In this document: positions 43,898 to 53,015 of the stretch, one piece after another
Numbering within the stretch: the stretch's first letter is position 1
Layout: every line of letters begins with the position of its first letter
Virus record (IMG/VR): IMGVR_UViG_3300004807_000018
Location: 1 to 64,000 of that record
Origin: a virus
Length of the DNA: 64,000 bases
Strand: one strand, 5' to 3'
Program-made: the position numbers and the translations under genes
The notes under the pieces: model-generated
What the model was told of the DNA's origin: nothing
The model's database searches: none
What the model saw: only the letters and a program-made list of their open reading frames with translations

Positions 43898-44953
43898 TCA
43901 ACTGGCCTTTTTGTGGCTGGTCTTGATGTGCGCGTGAGTCTCGTGTGTAGACATGCCCGGAGCCGCGATCACAAGGCCCATTCTTGAAAGAGCATTGTGC
44001 AGACGTGGGTTCTGGAACCCTACGCAACCGCCGCCACGCTTGCGCTGCGAGACCATTCGGTTGATGTCACCCACCAAAACCCAGGGGCTTGCAGCGTCGG
44101 CCGAGATTGCCCACTTCGCGTGATCGTGCGCTTCAGAGAAGGTGTAGGGCATGCCAACAGGCTGCATGCTCACGAACTTAATGTCAGCAACGCGGTGAAT
44201 GCCGTCCTTGTCCGCGGTGGGAGCGATCTCACCACGGATCCACGTCTCGACGTCAAGGTCGACGCCAAGAGCACTGCCCACGCCGTCGTTCCAGAAATCG
44301 CCTCCCCACTCGCGGTTCTTGGCGAACAACTTGAACGGCATGCCGCCCAGCGTGGTGAGATCCAGCACGTCAAACGCGGGGTGCGGATGAGGCGTGAGAT
44401 CCTTATGCCAAAGATCAAAAAGCGATTGTGGAACGTCCACGGTCACGGGCTCGACGCCGCCAGCAGAGTAAACCTGCGGCTCTTGGTGGCACAGCATCTG
44501 AGCAGCGATCAGCCCAAGAGTGTCCAGCGAGAGCGAAAGGCACAGGAACGTCTGCCCGTAAATCGGAGTTGGTGCAGCCTTCCCGCCAGGCACCGGAAAC
44601 TTAGGCCACGAGTGAACCAGCAGGAACCCGGTCTTGCTCGCCGTATCCCAGCAGATCACGCCCTTGGTGTGGCCTAGCGATTCGTCGTCCGGGCCACCAG
44701 GCGTGCCGTCTGGCTTCTCGTCGTTGTACAGGATAAAGCTGGACCCAGTCACCCCAACTTGCGCGAGTGTCTCGTGAACTGCGCCCGAACCCTGGTCAAG
44801 CCTGTGAGGCGAAGCCGAAGGCACATCGCTTAGCGAGTCTGCATAGGCATACTCGTAGCCGCTGGCTCCGTTTTCACCCGCTAGCCGAGCGACCTTGTAG
44901 GCGAAAAACCAGTCGACAGGCTGGCCAGATTCATTGAGTGCTTGAATAGGCAT
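43898..44953 (-). CDS. Deoxyribonuclease II family nuclease (PLD fold)
   Basis: GQPVDWFFAYK, GHTKG, GFLLVHSWPKFP, YGQTFLC, DHAKWAIS, GDINRMVSQRKRGGG. Confidence 0.92.
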   Translation of the reverse strand: MPIQALNESGQPVDWFFAYKVARLAGENGASGYEYAYADSLSDVPSASPHRLDQGSGAVHETLAQVGVTGSSFILYNDEKPDGTPGGPDDESLGHTKGVICWDTASKTGFLLVHSWPKFPVPGGKAAPTPIYGQTFLCLSLSLDTLGLIAAQMLCHQEPQVYSAGGVEPVTVDVPQSLFDLWHKDLTPHPHPAFDVLDLTTLGGMPFKLFAKNREWGGDFWNDGVGSALGVDLDVETWIRGEIAPTADKDGIHRVADIKFVSMQPVGMPYTFSEAHDHAKWAISADAASPWVLVGDINRMVSQRKRGGGCVGFQNPRLHNALSRMGLVIAAPGMSTHETHAHIKTSHKKAS

Positions 44954-45033
44954 GGCGGTTCACAAGGCAAATCTCGGGAGCAAAACCCAGAACAGAACGA
45001 AGCTCGTTACACTGCAGCCGACGAGGAACCCAA

Positions 45034-45363
45034 TTACGAACGTGACCCAAGGGCATTTGAGGTCGAGTCGGAACATGGCATCACGGGTTCCAATCCTCTC
45101 GCGCACGAGTCGCAGCGCCGACGCCTGTTGTAATACTTGCGGCCACCCCAAACACGGATCTTCTGCTCGTGTCCGCATTCAAGTTCCTCAAGATCCGGCT
45201 CAGGCACGTTCTGGAACCTGGGGCTCACGTTGATGTGCCGCCCGTGCTCGTCTCCGATGATCGATGGGTTTTCAAGCCAGAACGAAGTGGCCGGGCAGTC
45301 AAACGGTCTCGATCCTTCCACTAGCCAGATGTAGGCTGTGACTCGTCGGAGAACTTGAGCCAT
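45034..45363 (-). CDS. Hypothetical protein
   Basis: LECGH...RRRCDSC pattern; ATG at 45363. Confidence 0.55.
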   Translation of the reverse strand: MAQVLRRVTAYIWLVEGSRPFDCPATSFWLENPSIIGDEHGRHINVSPRFQNVPEPDLEELECGHEQKIRVWGGRKYYNRRRRCDSCARGLEPVMPCSDSTSNALGSRS

Positions 45364-45755
45364 GAGAAACCGAGGATCCAGCGCAAAGCCGCAACGCAAA
45401 ACATGAGCACTGCCGCAAACAAGAAGCCGTCCTTCTCCATCGCGCGTCCTCGTAGGACGCTGAACACGCAGTAGGTTGCTAGGCCAGCGTAGACGTCGCC
45501 GCACAACTCGTTTGCGTCCATTCTGGATTTGCAAAATGTGCAGCCGCCTATCTCGTGCGTGCATCGCTCTCGCGGAGTGCGGACGCCCCAGATAAGCAGG
45601 ATGCCGAGGATAAACGCAAAGTTGCACCAGAACGCATCCCAAAACTCGCTGGTTCTACCAACCAGGCTGAGCACAAATGCATCGAGCTTGGCCGCGACCA
45701 CGGAGCACACCACAATCACGAGTGCGGTGAGCGCTTGCGCAAGGAGCGTCTTCAT
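45321..45755 (-). CDS. Multi-pass membrane protein (144 aa)
   Basis: Three to four hydrophobic segments; lysis region. Confidence 0.6.
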   Translation of the reverse strand: MKTLLAQALTALVIVVCSVVAAKLDAFVLSLVGRTSEFWDAFWCNFAFILGILLIWGVRTPRERCTHEIGGCTFCKSRMDANELCGDVYAGLATYCVFSVLRGRAMEKDGFLFAAVLMFCVAALRWILGFSWLKFSDESQPTSG

Positions 45756-45761
45756 GGTCTG

Positions 45762-45953
45762 TTAGGCGCTTGGCCCCTTCCGAAACTGAACGAACGTCGG
45801 GATGAGCGTTGAGGCGAACGAGATCATTGCCGTCCAGAACTCAAGGTGCGCCGAGTCAGCTCGCGCCACCTGGTGCAGGATCCGGCTCAGGAGCCACACC
45901 ACAAGCGCGAAAGCAATGCACTTGAGCACGTAGCCAAAGAAGTGCGCGTTCAC
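45762..45953 (-). CDS. Two-TM membrane protein (holin candidate)
   Basis: 63 aa, two TM segments, near the lysin. Confidence 0.5.
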   Translation of the reverse strand: MNAHFFGYVLKCIAFALVVWLLSRILHQVARADSAHLEFWTAMISFASTLIPTFVQFRKGPSA

Positions 45954-45956
45954 TGC

Positions 45957-46169
45957 TTACTTCTGCCTTCCCTCGAGGATTCCGAGGATGCGCTCAACCT
46001 TGCCGATAAGGTCCTGAAACAGCGTCGTCGACTCCCGTTGCCCAGATTCCAACCGCTCAATGCGCTCGCCATGCGATTGCTGTTTTGCCCACATACGGAC
46101 GAGCACTGCTCCACCCGAAACGGCGCAGCCTGCAAGGAAAACGCTGATGGTTTGTTCTGACTGTGTCAT
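45957..46169 (-). CDS. One-TM coiled-coil protein (holin/hemolysin-XhlA-like candidate)
   Basis: N-terminal TM then RIERLE coiled coil. Confidence 0.55.
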   Translation of the reverse strand: MTQSEQTISVFLAGCAVSGGAVLVRMWAKQQSHGERIERLESGQRESTTLFQDLIGKVERILGILEGRQK

Positions 46170-46378
46170 GGTTCTGGATCGCAGCAAATTTTGTCAATCG
46201 CGACTGGCGGGCGAAGAATCTGGACGGTCTCATGACCGATAAACTTTTGATTGGAGTCGAGCTCACTTTCGGCAACAATTGCGTACCGGCTAGTTCCGGG
46301 CTCGCGAAGCACCGCAAAGCCGAACCCATTGCGCTCGACTGCCGCGCGGGCCTCTCGAATCGCAACGTCCTTGTCCAT
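46166..46378 (-). CDS. Hypothetical protein
   Basis: ATG at 46378 after the lysin stop. Confidence 0.6.
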   Translation of the reverse strand: MDKDVAIREARAAVERNGFGFAVLREPGTSRYAIVAESELDSNQKFIGHETVQILRPPVAIDKICCDPEP

Positions 46379-46382
46379 GGAC

Positions 46383-47002
46383 TCACGCAGTTGGCAGCCA
46401 AAGGCCAGCCTGATTAGGATCGGAAGCAGCCGCACCGACGAGCGTGTCGACGTCGACATCGAGCCCCGCCACAGTTGTGGTCTGGCCCTGGAGAATGACT
46501 TCCTTTGCTTCGGCCTTGGATCCAGACCAGCCCATCGACTGGCTCAGCCAACCATAGTGAGCAATCCCGGCTCCGATCACCTTGTCCATCACCAGGCCAG
46601 AGCCGTAGACGGTCACGAGGTAACCCGCTGAAGACAGCTCGTTGTGAACTGCTTTGAAGTAGGCCAGGACAGCAGGCAGATCGGACTGAGGCGCGTCGTA
46701 GTCCACCGCAAAGCCAATAGCCTTAGCTTTTGGCAGCTTGAGTGCTTGAGCGACCTTGACGGCTTCCCAGCGTGGACTTTCCCGATCGCAGCAGACATCT
46801 CAGAGGCGGTGCCAGCCACCTCCCACACCAGTCCAACCCAAACGCCAAAGCGAGCGCACTCACGGATCTCAGAGGCGGTGACCCGTTTGTTCGGAAAGCT
46901 CGCAGTGTTGGGGCTGACGTAGCGAATAATGCCGGAGACGCCGAGGCCCTTGAGCTTCGCGACCTTGCCGATGACTGAATTCGGGGTGTCAATGAGCTTC
47001 AT
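46383..47002 (-). pseudogene. DUF1906/GH25-like endolysin interrupted by a 1-nt frameshift near 46767
   Basis: GIIRYVS..K.VTASE..GLVWE in one frame; AVKVAQAL..IGFAVDYD..VYGS..WLSQS..DVDVD in the other. Confidence 0.75.
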
Positions 47003-47285
47003 GTGAACCTCGATGCTCGATGCAAATTGGTGCTCTCGGAAACAGGCGGCTGATAGGGCGACCATGTAGGCCCGTCCGCCTGCTCCAAAGCCACGAGTAA
47101 TACGCCCGTGGCACACGTCCGACTTTCTTGTTGGCGCTCAGATAGCGTGAGCGTGCCGAAACCATCCTGTTTTCCCCATGTCAGGCCACGGTTACTCACC
47201 GCACGGGGTATTCGAAACGCCCCAGGGATCGTAATGTAGGAATTGATTCTCGCGCCAGGGCTCACGTGAGATTTCCCTTCACGTT

Positions 47286-47310
47286 AAAAAGACCTCTTGT
47301 TTAAGAGATC
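47286..47310 (-). terminator. Intrinsic terminator downstream of the tRNA
   Basis: GATCTCTT-aaac-AAGAGGTC followed by TTTTT on the - strand. Confidence 0.6.
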
Positions 47311-47356
47311 CCAGACCGGAGGGTTTGCAACGTGTCTAGTGAGACGCGAGATAGCT

Positions 47357-47433
47357 TGGGAGCAGGGGCTGGATTCGAACCAGCGAATAGATGGTTATGA
47401 GCCATCCGTGATGGACCGCTACACGACCCTGCT
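47357..47433 (-). tRNA. tRNA with CAT anticodon (Met or Ile2), encoded CCA
   Basis: AGCAGGG/CCCTGCT acceptor stem, GATGG-CTCATAA-CCATC anticodon arm, GCTGG-TTCGAAT-CCAGC T-arm. Confidence 0.9.
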
Positions 47434-47690
47434 GCAAATCGGACGCAATATTCCCTGCAAATATGATCACACACGCAAAGTGAAAAATCAAGGGCGTTTA
47501 TAGCTTAGATATAGCTTTGCTTGCCTTTGCGCTCATTATTGCGCCCAAGTGAGCAATTTATACACCTGTCGCATTCATATAGATTGCTGCAATTGAGTGC
47601 TTCGCCACGAATATGGTGTCATTTTGATATCAATTTGATATATAGTTGTTTCGTGCAAAACTTCAACTACTCCATCAAGAGGCGATCACT

Positions 47691-47921
47691 GTGAGCGCCT
47701 TCAACAAGTGCAAGGACTGCGGAGAAGTCGCCCCGGCTAGTGGTTGGCAGACAAACTCCAAATCGCTGTGCAAAGCTTGCGCAGCGCAGCGTGCGCCAAA
47801 AGCTGAGGCGCAATCGTTCGTGGATCCGAAGCAGGCTGCTTTCAGCGATGCCTCCATGGCGCTAGCGATGCTGGCAGGAATGGCAATCGGACGAGGCCGA
47901 CCACGAGGCTACAGGCAGTGA
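47691..47921 (+). CDS. Small zinc-finger protein
   Basis: CKDC...CKAC; GTG start with GAGG SD. Confidence 0.6.
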   Translation: MSAFNKCKDCGEVAPASGWQTNSKSLCKACAAQRAPKAEAQSFVDPKQAAFSDASMALAMLAGMAIGRGRPRGYRQ

Positions 47922-48157
47922 GCCTGGAGTCTTACGACATCGAGAACTACCCGCTCGGCTTCGTGAGCACTCCAGGGGGCGGAGGCTACCAGAAAGTCAG
48001 CTTCCGCACGGCGATGCCCAACCCGTGGAAGTTTCACGCGGCATTCAAGCGCAGTGGTGGCGATCTCATGCCGGTTTGGCGCAACGAGATCAGCGGGAGC
48101 TTGGCTTTCGGAGATCGTCCACCTGCGCTGAACCCTGACCAGAGGAGGACGAAATGA
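47918..48157 (+). CDS. Hypothetical protein (79 aa)
   Basis: Coupled ORF. Confidence 0.65.
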   Translation: MSLESYDIENYPLGFVSTPGGGGYQKVSFRTAMPNPWKFHAAFKRSGGDLMPVWRNEISGSLAFGDRPPALNPDQRRTK

Positions 48158-49173
48158 CATACAGCGATATCGCTAAAGAGAAGATTGCGGAGGCCAAAAC
48201 ACATCTGTCTCCCACCGGCATTAGCCTTCTAGCGGGGCAGCTAGAGTCCGTGTCCGCGAAGCTTGACGATCAGTCCGTCGCCTACGCGGGGATGCGCCCT
48301 CGTGCAGAAGGGAAAGCCAAGCTTGACGAAGTGACAAAAAGGGCAATCGAGCATGTGTGCAAGGGCATGGATGACAACTATGCCGTGGCCCTAGGGATCG
48401 CTCGCGGCATCGACTTCATGCTGGGAGGGACGGGAGAGGATTTCCTCCAGCAGATAAGGAATGAGGTCAACGAGGACCCGGCAGATTCCGAGCCCTTGAA
48501 TAAGATTCGTACGCAGTCACGCAAGAGTTTTGGATACACCATCTGCGACAACCCGAACTGGGCCGTGATTCATACGCGAACAAAGTGGTCTGAACAATCC
48601 ATGGGGGCTCGTGACAAGCCGTATGCCCGAGACTTCCACGAGCTTGCGAGTGCCCTTCAAGACATTCACGGAGTTGTTGACGCCTACGTCAATTGGTACG
48701 ACGTGCATATCGAGAAGGCTACGGCGTTTTCGTGGGACGAGATCTTTGCGGAAGCTGGCGAAATCATCGAGTGCGGCGAGAAGCAAATGTCCGGCGATCC
48801 AGTGCTGTGCTACGTACGCCATCAATGCGCGTGGTTTACAACCCAAAAGGTTTCTCGGCAATGGGGTGACGACTGGGGCGATGCGCCATATGAGACCAAC
48901 GCTGGAGAGCCCTATGCAGACGAGGCCAAAGATCGCGCGCCGATGTGGAGGCTGTTCAAGGTTCGTTTTGAAGGAAGCTTCATCGAGCCATTCGACGGGC
49001 ATTCAAATAGCCCTTACAGCGTCGAAGCCATCAACGCCGGAGTCATACCTTGGCTTAGGTCAGAGTCGGTAACTCCGCAGATCTGCATCCCTGCCGGGAC
49101 GCCCTTGAGCAAATTCAAGGAGCTCATCTTGGCAGGTGGCGGGCAAGTTTTTGAGGAATCCGAGGAGAACTAG
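48154..49173 (+). CDS. Hypothetical mosaic phage protein (339 aa)
   Basis: C-terminal QWGDDWGDAPYE.NAGEPY...PYSVEAINAG.IPWL domain. Confidence 0.8.
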   Translation: MTYSDIAKEKIAEAKTHLSPTGISLLAGQLESVSAKLDDQSVAYAGMRPRAEGKAKLDEVTKRAIEHVCKGMDDNYAVALGIARGIDFMLGGTGEDFLQQIRNEVNEDPADSEPLNKIRTQSRKSFGYTICDNPNWAVIHTRTKWSEQSMGARDKPYARDFHELASALQDIHGVVDAYVNWYDVHIEKATAFSWDEIFAEAGEIIECGEKQMSGDPVLCYVRHQCAWFTTQKVSRQWGDDWGDAPYETNAGEPYADEAKDRAPMWRLFKVRFEGSFIEPFDGHSNSPYSVEAINAGVIPWLRSESVTPQICIPAGTPLSKFKELILAGGGQVFEESEEN

Positions 49174-50076
49174 ATGACAAACGCCGAACAACTTTTGCAG
49201 AGCATTGAAGAGTGGAGCCAATCCAACAACGTCGCAGCATTCTACGTGAAAGCAGAGCTAGAAAAGTTACTCCCTCATATGCGAAAGCTCGACAAATTCG
49301 CGGGCATGAAGACACGGCTGCAGATTGAGATCCAAGTGGTACGAGGTGACTCAATCAGGGAGTTTTGCCGTGGCTGGAACGCAGCTCTGGAGTGGGTTCT
49401 TAGTGAAGAGCAGGATGTACCGCAACTCTCGGCGACTTGCGAAGATCGCGAGTCGCCTGACAAGCTCAACCAGCAATCACAGGTCCATTGGGCCGGATAT
49501 CTGAAGCAAGCCGACTTGATTGTCAAAGGGATCGGTCATCTTCCTGAACTCAACCAAATCTGCGCTTTGAAGGAAGAACTTAGGCATTTTGCCCAGACTT
49601 TGGATGACTACGCGGGGATGCAGACGCGGGCACAGGTTGAGGTATTGATGCGGGATCTTGACGACGACGACAAAGATTACACAGAAGGGTGGAACAATGC
49701 GATTTTGGCAGTCCTGAATTATTTCAAAACACCAGAACCCGCCCCCGAACCAACCCCCGAGTTTGAGCCGTGCGATGCAGGTACGGAGCCGGTTGAGGGG
49801 TTGTACGTGAAAATCAGGAATGAGTATTGCGAACTTAGATGGATCGCTGATCTCTTGACCGCTGGAAATTCTGAGGGTTATTGCGCATCAGCAACCACGA
49901 TCAGTAATCTCCACATCCCCCTCTACCGCCGCGTTTTGCCACCTAAGCCCGTGGTGTGGGAGGAAGAACGAACCATCGAAAGGGATGATAACGATGATTC
50001 GCTTATATACGTGCCCAGCGGCTCATTTAAGCGCGGAGAACTTGTCAAGATTCGCATTGAGAAGGTGATCAAGTGA
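49174..50076 (+). CDS. Hypothetical protein with internal duplication (300 aa)
   Basis: Two LD.[FY]AGM.TR.Q.E...GWN.A modules. Confidence 0.75.
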   Translation: MTNAEQLLQSIEEWSQSNNVAAFYVKAELEKLLPHMRKLDKFAGMKTRLQIEIQVVRGDSIREFCRGWNAALEWVLSEEQDVPQLSATCEDRESPDKLNQQSQVHWAGYLKQADLIVKGIGHLPELNQICALKEELRHFAQTLDDYAGMQTRAQVEVLMRDLDDDDKDYTEGWNNAILAVLNYFKTPEPAPEPTPEFEPCDAGTEPVEGLYVKIRNEYCELRWIADLLTAGNSEGYCASATTISNLHIPLYRRVLPPKPVVWEEERTIERDDNDDSLIYVPSGSFKRGELVKIRIEKVIK

Positions 50077-50221
50077 ACAGGACTCACGCATTAGCCGCAC
50101 TCGGCATGTATTCGTCAACAAGGGCAAAGCCGCACGGACCAGACAAGAAAGGGTCAGGACGGCTCAAGAGATCCAGGCGCGCGATGGCTAAGGCTTCGCG
50201 TAAAGCGAATAGGGGGAAGCG

Positions 50222-50641
50222 ATGAACAACGACCTAACCAAACGCGCTCAGGACCTACTTGCGGTTATGGCCAATTCATACCCTGGGCCGTGGCTTGCGG
50301 TCGCAGGAGACTACGGCGAAGAGCCGGGAGACTTCGCGGACATCCTTGCTAATCCATACAAAGCGTCGTCCACCGAAGACATGCAGCCGATTGCTGAAGA
50401 TGTGTCGATGCACAACGCGGTCGCCATTGTCCATGCGATGGATCACGCCCCCTTGATCATCGCGGAGCTACTGGCCGAAGTCATAAGGCTTCAGAAGGTT
50501 GCGGATCAAATGAGAGAACTTGGGGACTTTAACTATTGCGTAGACGACGTGACTTGCGGAAACGAATGGTTTGACGGAAGTCACTACCCCGAACTGTACG
50601 CCGAGCTAACCAAGGAGGCAGACAATGCGGATCGGAGATAG
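50222..50641 (+). CDS. Ead/Ea22-like phage protein
   Basis: YPGPW...NAVAIVHA....I.ELLAEV.RL pattern. Confidence 0.6.
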   Translation: MNNDLTKRAQDLLAVMANSYPGPWLAVAGDYGEEPGDFADILANPYKASSTEDMQPIAEDVSMHNAVAIVHAMDHAPLIIAELLAEVIRLQKVADQMRELGDFNYCVDDVTCGNEWFDGSHYPELYAELTKEADNADRR

Positions 50642-50790
50642 GGTCATTGTAATCGGTGGACACTGGGCGCACTTGCGCGGTTCCGTAGAAGGATTCATCG
50701 GGCACTACTTCATTAGCGTCACCCTTGATGCATTAAAAGAGCCGGTGCCGATCCATGTGAGCGATTTGAATTTGATTGGGGTGGAAGACA

Positions 50791-51150
50791 ATGCCGGTTG
50801 ATACGAAACAACTCAGAAAGATGGCACGAGAATCCGAGAGCATTGACTTGTTTGAAGATGCCGAAGCCTTGACCGCAGCCGCCGACGAGATCGACGCCCT
50901 GCGCGAACGAGTTGCGGAGATCCCTTCTTGGCAGGATAAGCCGACGTGCGCAGGCAAGTGGATAGGTGAGTGGACAGTAAAGGGCAGCAGTCAAAAGGGC
51001 ATCGAGTGGTTTGAGATTGTAATGGTCGAAGGAGTCTCGCATTTTGTTTGCGAGTTCACCGGAGATTTTAGGCCAGTCCCGTCTGAGACGTTGGCGTCTA
51101 AATGGAAATTCTTTGGCCCGATACCTCTCCTAACTGAAGGGGTCAAGTGA
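50791..51150 (+). CDS. Hypothetical protein
   Basis: AADEIDALR motif; ATG at 50791. Confidence 0.65.
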   Translation: MPVDTKQLRKMARESESIDLFEDAEALTAAADEIDALRERVAEIPSWQDKPTCAGKWIGEWTVKGSSQKGIEWFEIVMVEGVSHFVCEFTGDFRPVPSETLASKWKFFGPIPLLTEGVK

Positions 51151-51214
51151 TGCGGATGTTTCCCGTTTTATGTTCGTACAAAGATCACAAGCCTGGTGAT
51201 CCTGGATCAATACC

Positions 51215-51547
51215 GTGGCCTATTGCCGAACGTGCCTACGACGAATTCAAGAAGGAGAGAGGGATTTGAGCACCGAGCATGAATCAGAAGTCCAGCCGGT
51301 CATCAGAGATCGGGTGAGAGCCGTAGGTATGCGCACCGAGCCGATCTCGGAATCGGTCTCGCACGCTGTCCGGCAGATTGACCGGATGAACGAGTTTCGA
51401 GTCTGGATGTCCGGGCTCAAGTGGTCGCTGTACGAAGAAGGCTCAGGACGCATTGTCGCACTGACGGACGAGCAAGTGATTAACTTCCCCTTGCTCCGCA
51501 ACGCCGAAGCTCGGGCAAGGTTTCTGGACGCGGTGAGCAAGTCATGA
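51215..51547 (+). CDS. Hypothetical protein (start probably further downstream)
   Basis: ORF coupled to the next gene. Confidence 0.5.
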   Translation: MAYCRTCLRRIQEGERDLSTEHESEVQPVIRDRVRAVGMRTEPISESVSHAVRQIDRMNEFRVWMSGLKWSLYEEGSGRIVALTDEQVINFPLLRNAEARARFLDAVSKS

Positions 51548-51933
51548 AAACCGGGCCGATCGTATGCGCCAAGGATCCCGAAGGATATGAGTGGTTCTTC
51601 ATTTGGAGCCCAAGTGTCGACGCTCCTTTGACTCCAGCGATGACCGAGAAAGAGATCGAGCGCTACGTCGTTAGCAATTCTGTTGGGCCAGTGCTCAACG
51701 GTGGTCCCGCAGTCACGAGGGAGCTGGTCATTGAGGTCAAGCACCAGACAGGCAAAGCGCGAAGGTCCATTCAGCGAGCCAGGCGCAACGGTGTGAGCAT
51801 CTGCGACTACGAGAAGACCACATGGCGCGATTACGTTCGGAACAACCGAGCCGGATCAAATGAATCTTGCCTGGATCCCGACGAGCTGCTTCGAGAACTC
51901 GTTGAAGCCCGACAAGAAGGGACCACAGCATGA
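51544..51933 (+). CDS. Hypothetical protein (129 aa)
   Basis: WSPSVDAPLT..MT, NRAGSNESCL. Confidence 0.7.
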   Translation: MKTGPIVCAKDPEGYEWFFIWSPSVDAPLTPAMTEKEIERYVVSNSVGPVLNGGPAVTRELVIEVKHQTGKARRSIQRARRNGVSICDYEKTTWRDYVRNNRAGSNESCLDPDELLRELVEARQEGTTA

Positions 51934-52247
51934 GACTTAGTGAGCACCACCTAGTTGTCCTCGAGGAAGAGTCCATCGAAATTGCACGCGAAGCAATGGA
52001 TCTTGGCCAGCGGTGCAGCAAGGCGCTGCGCTTCGGGCTCGATGAGGTCCAGGCTGGCCATGTGCATTCCAACATCGAACGGATCGAGGTTGAGATCCGC
52101 GACCTGGTCACGATCGCTCACCGTCTAGTCCGTGCCGGCGTCCTTAGCCCAGAGTGCCTGACACCATGCGAGGCGAAGGAACAAAGGATAACCGCAGCCA
52201 TGGCGTACTCGGCCGAGTGCGGCACGCTTGAGGATGTCGACGCTTGA
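51930..52247 (+). CDS. MazG-like nucleotide pyrophosphohydrolase
   Basis: LEEESIEI...SKALRFG...EVEIRDL (EExxE...ExxD). Confidence 0.6.
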   Translation: MRLSEHHLVVLEEESIEIAREAMDLGQRCSKALRFGLDEVQAGHVHSNIERIEVEIRDLVTIAHRLVRAGVLSPECLTPCEAKEQRITAAMAYSAECGTLEDVDA

Positions 52248-52609
52248 ACACTCCCGAGTCTCGAAGCAGGATCCTCGCGTTCGAATCCTCGTGCGCAGTT
52301 CCACGCGGCGAAAAGTTCCTCAGCGATCAAGAGTTCAAAACGCATGTAGCGTCTAGGCTTTCGGAGCGGCCAACAGATACCGCGGCTAAATCCGACCGAC
52401 CCGATATCTCACCTAAAATGAAGCGAATTCCAATCACACTCACGGACTTTGAGCATGCACGGCTCAAGGCCATCAGCCAGGCTCAAGGCATGTCTATGAA
52501 CACAATCATGCGCCTGGCTTTCGAGCAGGCCCACCCACTCCAGAAAGAAACGAAAGCGACGGGCGGAATTGAAAGCACGATCCGGCGCGAAGAAGAGCTG
52601 GCCCATTAG
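52244..52609 (+). CDS. Protein with CopG/RHH-like domain
   Basis: KRIPITLTDFEHARLKAISQAQGMSMNTIMRLA. Confidence 0.6.
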   Translation: MNTPESRSRILAFESSCAVPRGEKFLSDQEFKTHVASRLSERPTDTAAKSDRPDISPKMKRIPITLTDFEHARLKAISQAQGMSMNTIMRLAFEQAHPLQKETKATGGIESTIRREEELAH

Positions 52610-52628
52610 TTTGGGCCGGGTCTTGGGC

Positions 52629-53015
52629 TCACCCTCTGCCGTTGATCTGGGCCATCAGCAGACGCATTGCGCCAGAATTCAGCCGCCAAATAGTGCGATC
52701 AAGCACAAAGATAAACCGGCTGCCCGCGCCTTCTATGTCGATCGGTCCGAAAAGTTTGAAGAAGTCAAACTGGTTGAGAAAAGATCCTCGGAACTCGAAT
52801 GCCCGAGTCCATTTTTCGCCGTCAATAACTTGCACACGGTAAAGCGTAAAGCTCCCCACGGTCGAAGTGCACTTCAAGTCCTTCCGCCATTCAATCTGAT
52901 CGGGAATCGCAGGGAATACAAAAATGTTACGATCGGACTCTTCTGGAATCTGATTCAGGGCGTTCAGGATATCCATCGGTGTCACCTCTCCATTTGGTTC
53001 ATATTGTGGTGTCAT
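52629..53015 (-). CDS. Hypothetical protein
   Basis: ATG at 53015 coupled to the upstream stop. Confidence 0.55.
   Translation of the reverse strand: MTPQYEPNGEVTPMDILNALNQIPEESDRNIFVFPAIPDQIEWRKDLKCTSTVGSFTLYRVQVIDGEKWTRAFEFRGSFLNQFDFFKLFGPIDIEGAGSRFIFVLDRTIWRLNSGAMRLLMAQINGRG

Noticed and set aside
47357-47433. tRNA as a prophage attachment site
   Set aside because: Phage genes lie on both sides, and no integrase or duplicated tRNA 3' end was seen.
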